IMG/VR virus record: IMGVR_UViG_3300044641_005618
DNA from: a virus
Taxonomy: Duplodnaviria > Caudoviricetes
Direction: 5' to 3' (one strand)
DNA: 64,000 nucleotides
Below are positions 61,982-64,000 of the stretch, in pieces. Below the pieces are notes generated by a model. It worked only from the letters and a program-made list of their open reading frames with translations. It was not told the DNA's origin and did not search any database. The position numbers and the translations under genes are program-made. Numbering within the stretch: position 1 is the first letter of the stretch; each line of letters opens with the position of its first letter.

Positions 61982-62136
61982 CTAAAGTGGAGAGACTCGA
62001 ACTCTCATAGCAGGATTACGTCTAGCTGTCACCTGCACGGTGGTTGCAACCATGAGCTAGGAGGTTGCTATTTGTTCACAACCCCATCCGTATTGGCTGA
62101 ATCCACACCGCCGTATACCAATTCCGGCACACTTCG
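61982..62136 (-). ncRNA. tRNA-framed RNA C (155 nt, about 104-nt multi-helix insert)
   Basis: Leu-type D-arm CCG-GAATTGGTATA-CGG, T-arm GAGAG-TTCGAGT-CTCTC, acceptor CGAAGTG/CACTTTA. Confidence 0.7.
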
Positions 62137-62202
62137 TTCTTAACGTATGAAGAGAATCTGAAATAGGTTCTCTTCCCGTTTAGTATTCTCCTGAAGGAGA
62201 AA

Positions 62203-62283
62203 CTGGAGTGGAAGGATTCGAACCTTCATTGTCTTTCGACACTGGTTAACAGCCAGCTGCATTACCAATTATGCTACACCCCA
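62203..62283 (-). tRNA. tRNA-Asn(GTT) with long variable arm
   Basis: U1-A72, G73; loop CTGTTAA; extra GTC-GAAA-GAC hairpin. Confidence 0.85.
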
Positions 62284-62434
62284 TTGCACCCTGCGTTACG
62301 GCAGGGGATAGTAAGAAGCACTCTGGGGTCGCGAGCGTCCCCGTGTGAGTACGAATCGTTACTGAATCCGGTTATTACTGTCCCTTAAGTTGCAAACCGG
62401 CAACCTCGCTTAAGGAATTTTCGCGTTAGCGAAA

Positions 62435-62507
62435 TGGAGACAATCGGAATTGAACCGATCACAAGTCGCTTGCGAAGCGTCCTCGCCACCTTGGAACATG
62501 TGCCCCC
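62435..62507 (-). tRNA. tRNA-Ala(CGC)
   Basis: G3.U70; loop TTCGCAA; atypical D-arm. Confidence 0.8.
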
Positions 62508-62613
62508 GTTTTCCTATCAGGAAACAAAAGTTAGCCGATAGGGGCAGAGCGTCTCACCTCTGCGAGGAACGTTTCAGTTCGTTTTCCCCCTTAGGGAAGT
62601 TGCCCGAAGGCAA

Positions 62614-62686
62614 TGGGTTTGGTGGGATTCGAACCCACAACATACCGGGTAAGAGCCGGTTACTCTGCCAATTGAGCTACAAACCC
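62614..62686 (-). tRNA. tRNA-Lys(CTT)
   Basis: Loop CTCTTAC. Confidence 0.92.
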
Positions 62687-62749
62687 GAACCCCAAGTTTA
62701 GAAAGCACCATCGCAGGTACTTGGGCAACCTTTTCCGCTAACGCGGAAA

Positions 62750-62822
62750 TGGGAACGGTCGGAGTCGGACCGACGGCCTATCGGTTATCAGCCGATTGCT
62801 CTTACCGCTGAGCTACGCTCCC
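62750..62822 (-). tRNA. tRNA-Ile(GAT)
   Basis: Loop CTGATAA. Confidence 0.9.
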
Positions 62823-62941
62823 TTGGTATTAAGTTTTCGAGGTGCCGTCCGCAAGAGCGGGAGCGAGGAGGAAGCCGAGCTTCCCAACCACCCCTTTAGT
62901 ATAGGGTTTTTCACCGGGGAAGTAAAGCGGGGAAACCGCCC
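62823..62941 (-). promoter_or_regulatory. tRNA operon promoter plus boxA-like leader
   Basis: TATACT -10; GGAAGC-TCG-GCTTCC hairpin; GCACCTCGAAAA. Confidence 0.7.
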
Positions 62942-63047
62942 TCTTGAACCCCCAGTCGCAAGCTAGCTTAGCTCACCCTCTTAAAAAGTAAACCTTTTAA
63001 GGCTGTCGAATACTTCTGCAATCTCGGTGAAGCCCAAGTAGCGCAGG

Positions 63048-63203
63048 CTAATAACCAGCTTTCTCTAAAGCTTCGCGTACCATGTCGATTTCGTCGTTCC
63101 AGGCGTACATTCCATCTAAGCTGTCTAGCCTTGCGGTCAAGGCATCAAAAGCCAGCATAATCTCTTTGCTGTCACGTTCGCTAGCTTTGATTTCGTTGGA
63201 CAT
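63048..63203 (-). CDS. Small hypothetical protein
   Basis: ATG 63203 follows promoter at 63229. Confidence 0.55.
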   Translation of the reverse strand: MSNEIKASERDSKEIMLAFDALTARLDSLDGMYAWNDEIDMVREALEKAGY

Positions 63204-63228
63204 GGCGTTGAGGGGTTTGACTGTTGTG

Positions 63229-63272
63229 ACTATAGCGGTTTTCACCGGGGAAGTAAAGCGGGGAAACCGCCC
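63229..63272 (-). promoter_or_regulatory. Composite promoter copy, near-identical to 62900-62941
   Basis: ttttcaccggggaagtaaagcggggaaaccgccc shared. Confidence 0.75.
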
Positions 63273-63279
63273 TGCTGGC

Positions 63280-63681
63280 TCAGTTCCAGGGTGCAAACAA
63301 TTCGCCGCTCCCGTACCCAGTTAGCGTATTCATTACTCGACCCCACCACGAGGTTCTTCGATTAAGGACTCTGCGTGCCTGAACGTGAGAGACGGAGGGC
63401 ACGGATACCTCCGTGACACCGTCCTTCAAGTAATAGGTGACCCAGTGTCCCACCCATTTCCACGGGCTAACCAGAACCGCGTCCCCGTTGCTGCCAAGGT
63501 AAGCACTCTCACAGAAGACTATATAGGAATACTCTCCTACTTCTTCACCTGTGCTAGGGTGGGTAAAGCGAGTGGTCACCGTAACCTGCTTGTCTGAGTG
63601 ATTGTCAATCGAAAACAATGTAGTTTTCTCGATGAGCGAAGGTTTTGTGGAGAACATAGGTTTGCTTGTGTGTATTAACAA
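63280..63681 (-). CDS. Hypothetical protein
   Basis: ORF track. Confidence 0.55.
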   Translation of the reverse strand: MLIHTSKPMFSTKPSLIEKTTLFSIDNHSDKQVTVTTRFTHPSTGEEVGEYSYIVFCESAYLGSNGDAVLVSPWKWVGHWVTYYLKDGVTEVSVPSVSHVQARRVLNRRTSWWGRVMNTLTGYGSGELFAPWN

Positions 63682-63690
63682 AAGGGATGG

Positions 63691-63879
63691 TTAGACTCCG
63701 AACCTAACCTTCTCAACTCCGAACCAGTCCCCGTCGTCTTCTGGAGGTTCGTTAGGTAAGCCAAGGTTGAAGCCGGCTGTTAGGGCGAGGGTCTCAGTTG
63801 AGTGAGCAGAGACGAGTAGGCTTTGCCGAATGTCAAAGTCTCCCCATCTGAAAATTAGGAGGACGAAAATGTGGTCCAT
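63691..63879 (-). CDS. Hypothetical protein
   Basis: ORF track. Confidence 0.55.
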   Translation of the reverse strand: MDHIFVLLIFRWGDFDIRQSLLVSAHSTETLALTAGFNLGLPNEPPEDDGDWFGVEKVRFGV

Positions 63880-64000
63880 TGTGAGCTGGTGAGACTAGCG
63901 GAGTCAAAACTTTTGTGAGTGGGGTTGCTTATGATCTTTCAGTGGCAACCAGGGAAGTCGTTTCGCAAACGTTCATAAGTCTCTGAGACGGTTCTTCGCA

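Noticed and set aside
54757-62701. Track ORFs overlapping tRNAs (for example 54757-54957, 56198-56383, 56496-56741, 59135-59350, 59980-60171, 60314-60538, 61670-62143)
   Set aside because: They are chance open frames across tRNA genes.
1269-63272. Promoter hairpins as intrinsic terminators or REP/MITE elements
   Set aside because: No U-tract follows on either strand, and there are no terminal repeats or target duplications. The fixed -35/-10 geometry and strict orientation to starts favour a promoter.
1-64000. Plus-strand ORFs in the track (for example 3231-3695, 20032-20595)
   Set aside because: They are antisense shadows of minus-strand genes or tRNAs, and no plus-strand promoter copies or recognisable motifs support them.
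1-64000. Alternative genetic code (stop reassignment)
   Set aside because: Long genes are intact under code 11 and end in TAA, TAG and TGA; interrupting stops are of all three types; no CTA, TCA or TTA anticodon was found.

Overview
64 kb of a large lytic-type phage genome, most likely a jumbo cyanophage of picocyanobacteria. Host evidence: an ANNIV-type tmRNA tag, a short cyanobacterial-type EF-Ts, a SwmB-like domain, and RlpA, muramidase and pentapeptide genes. Essentially all credible genes are on the minus strand; no capsid, tail or replication genes lie in the window. It is an early/accessory and host-takeover region of about 100 small ORFs. Translation and RNA functions: TyrRS, EF-Ts, a PTH2-like protein, an Rnl1-type RNA ligase, a 2H phosphoesterase, a Pol-beta nucleotidyltransferase, a permuted two-piece tmRNA and about 35 tRNAs covering all 20 amino acids. 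NAD/ADP-ribose functions: a NARP1-like Prs+Nampt pair, an ART-like protein and an ADP-ribosylglycohydrolase. Also an envelope module, a radical SAM pair, a vanadium haloperoxidase-like gene, MazG, HigA, HNH and a Seg-like GIY-YIG nuclease. Structure the ORF track does not explain: (1) about 33 copies of a composite promoter with a covarying hairpin in a 17-bp -35/-10 spacer and two upstream boxes usually 22 bp apart; (2) three tRNA-framed RNAs with 69-110 nt structured inserts, plus Gly and Asn tRNAs with class II-like arms; (3) a 49-bp hairpin repeated three times behind tRNAs; (4) boxA-like leaders on tRNA operons; (5) small genes broken by one extra C in a C-run or by single stops, while all large genes are intact. 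All calls are by eye, without database searches; coordinates of non-coding elements may be off by a few bases.
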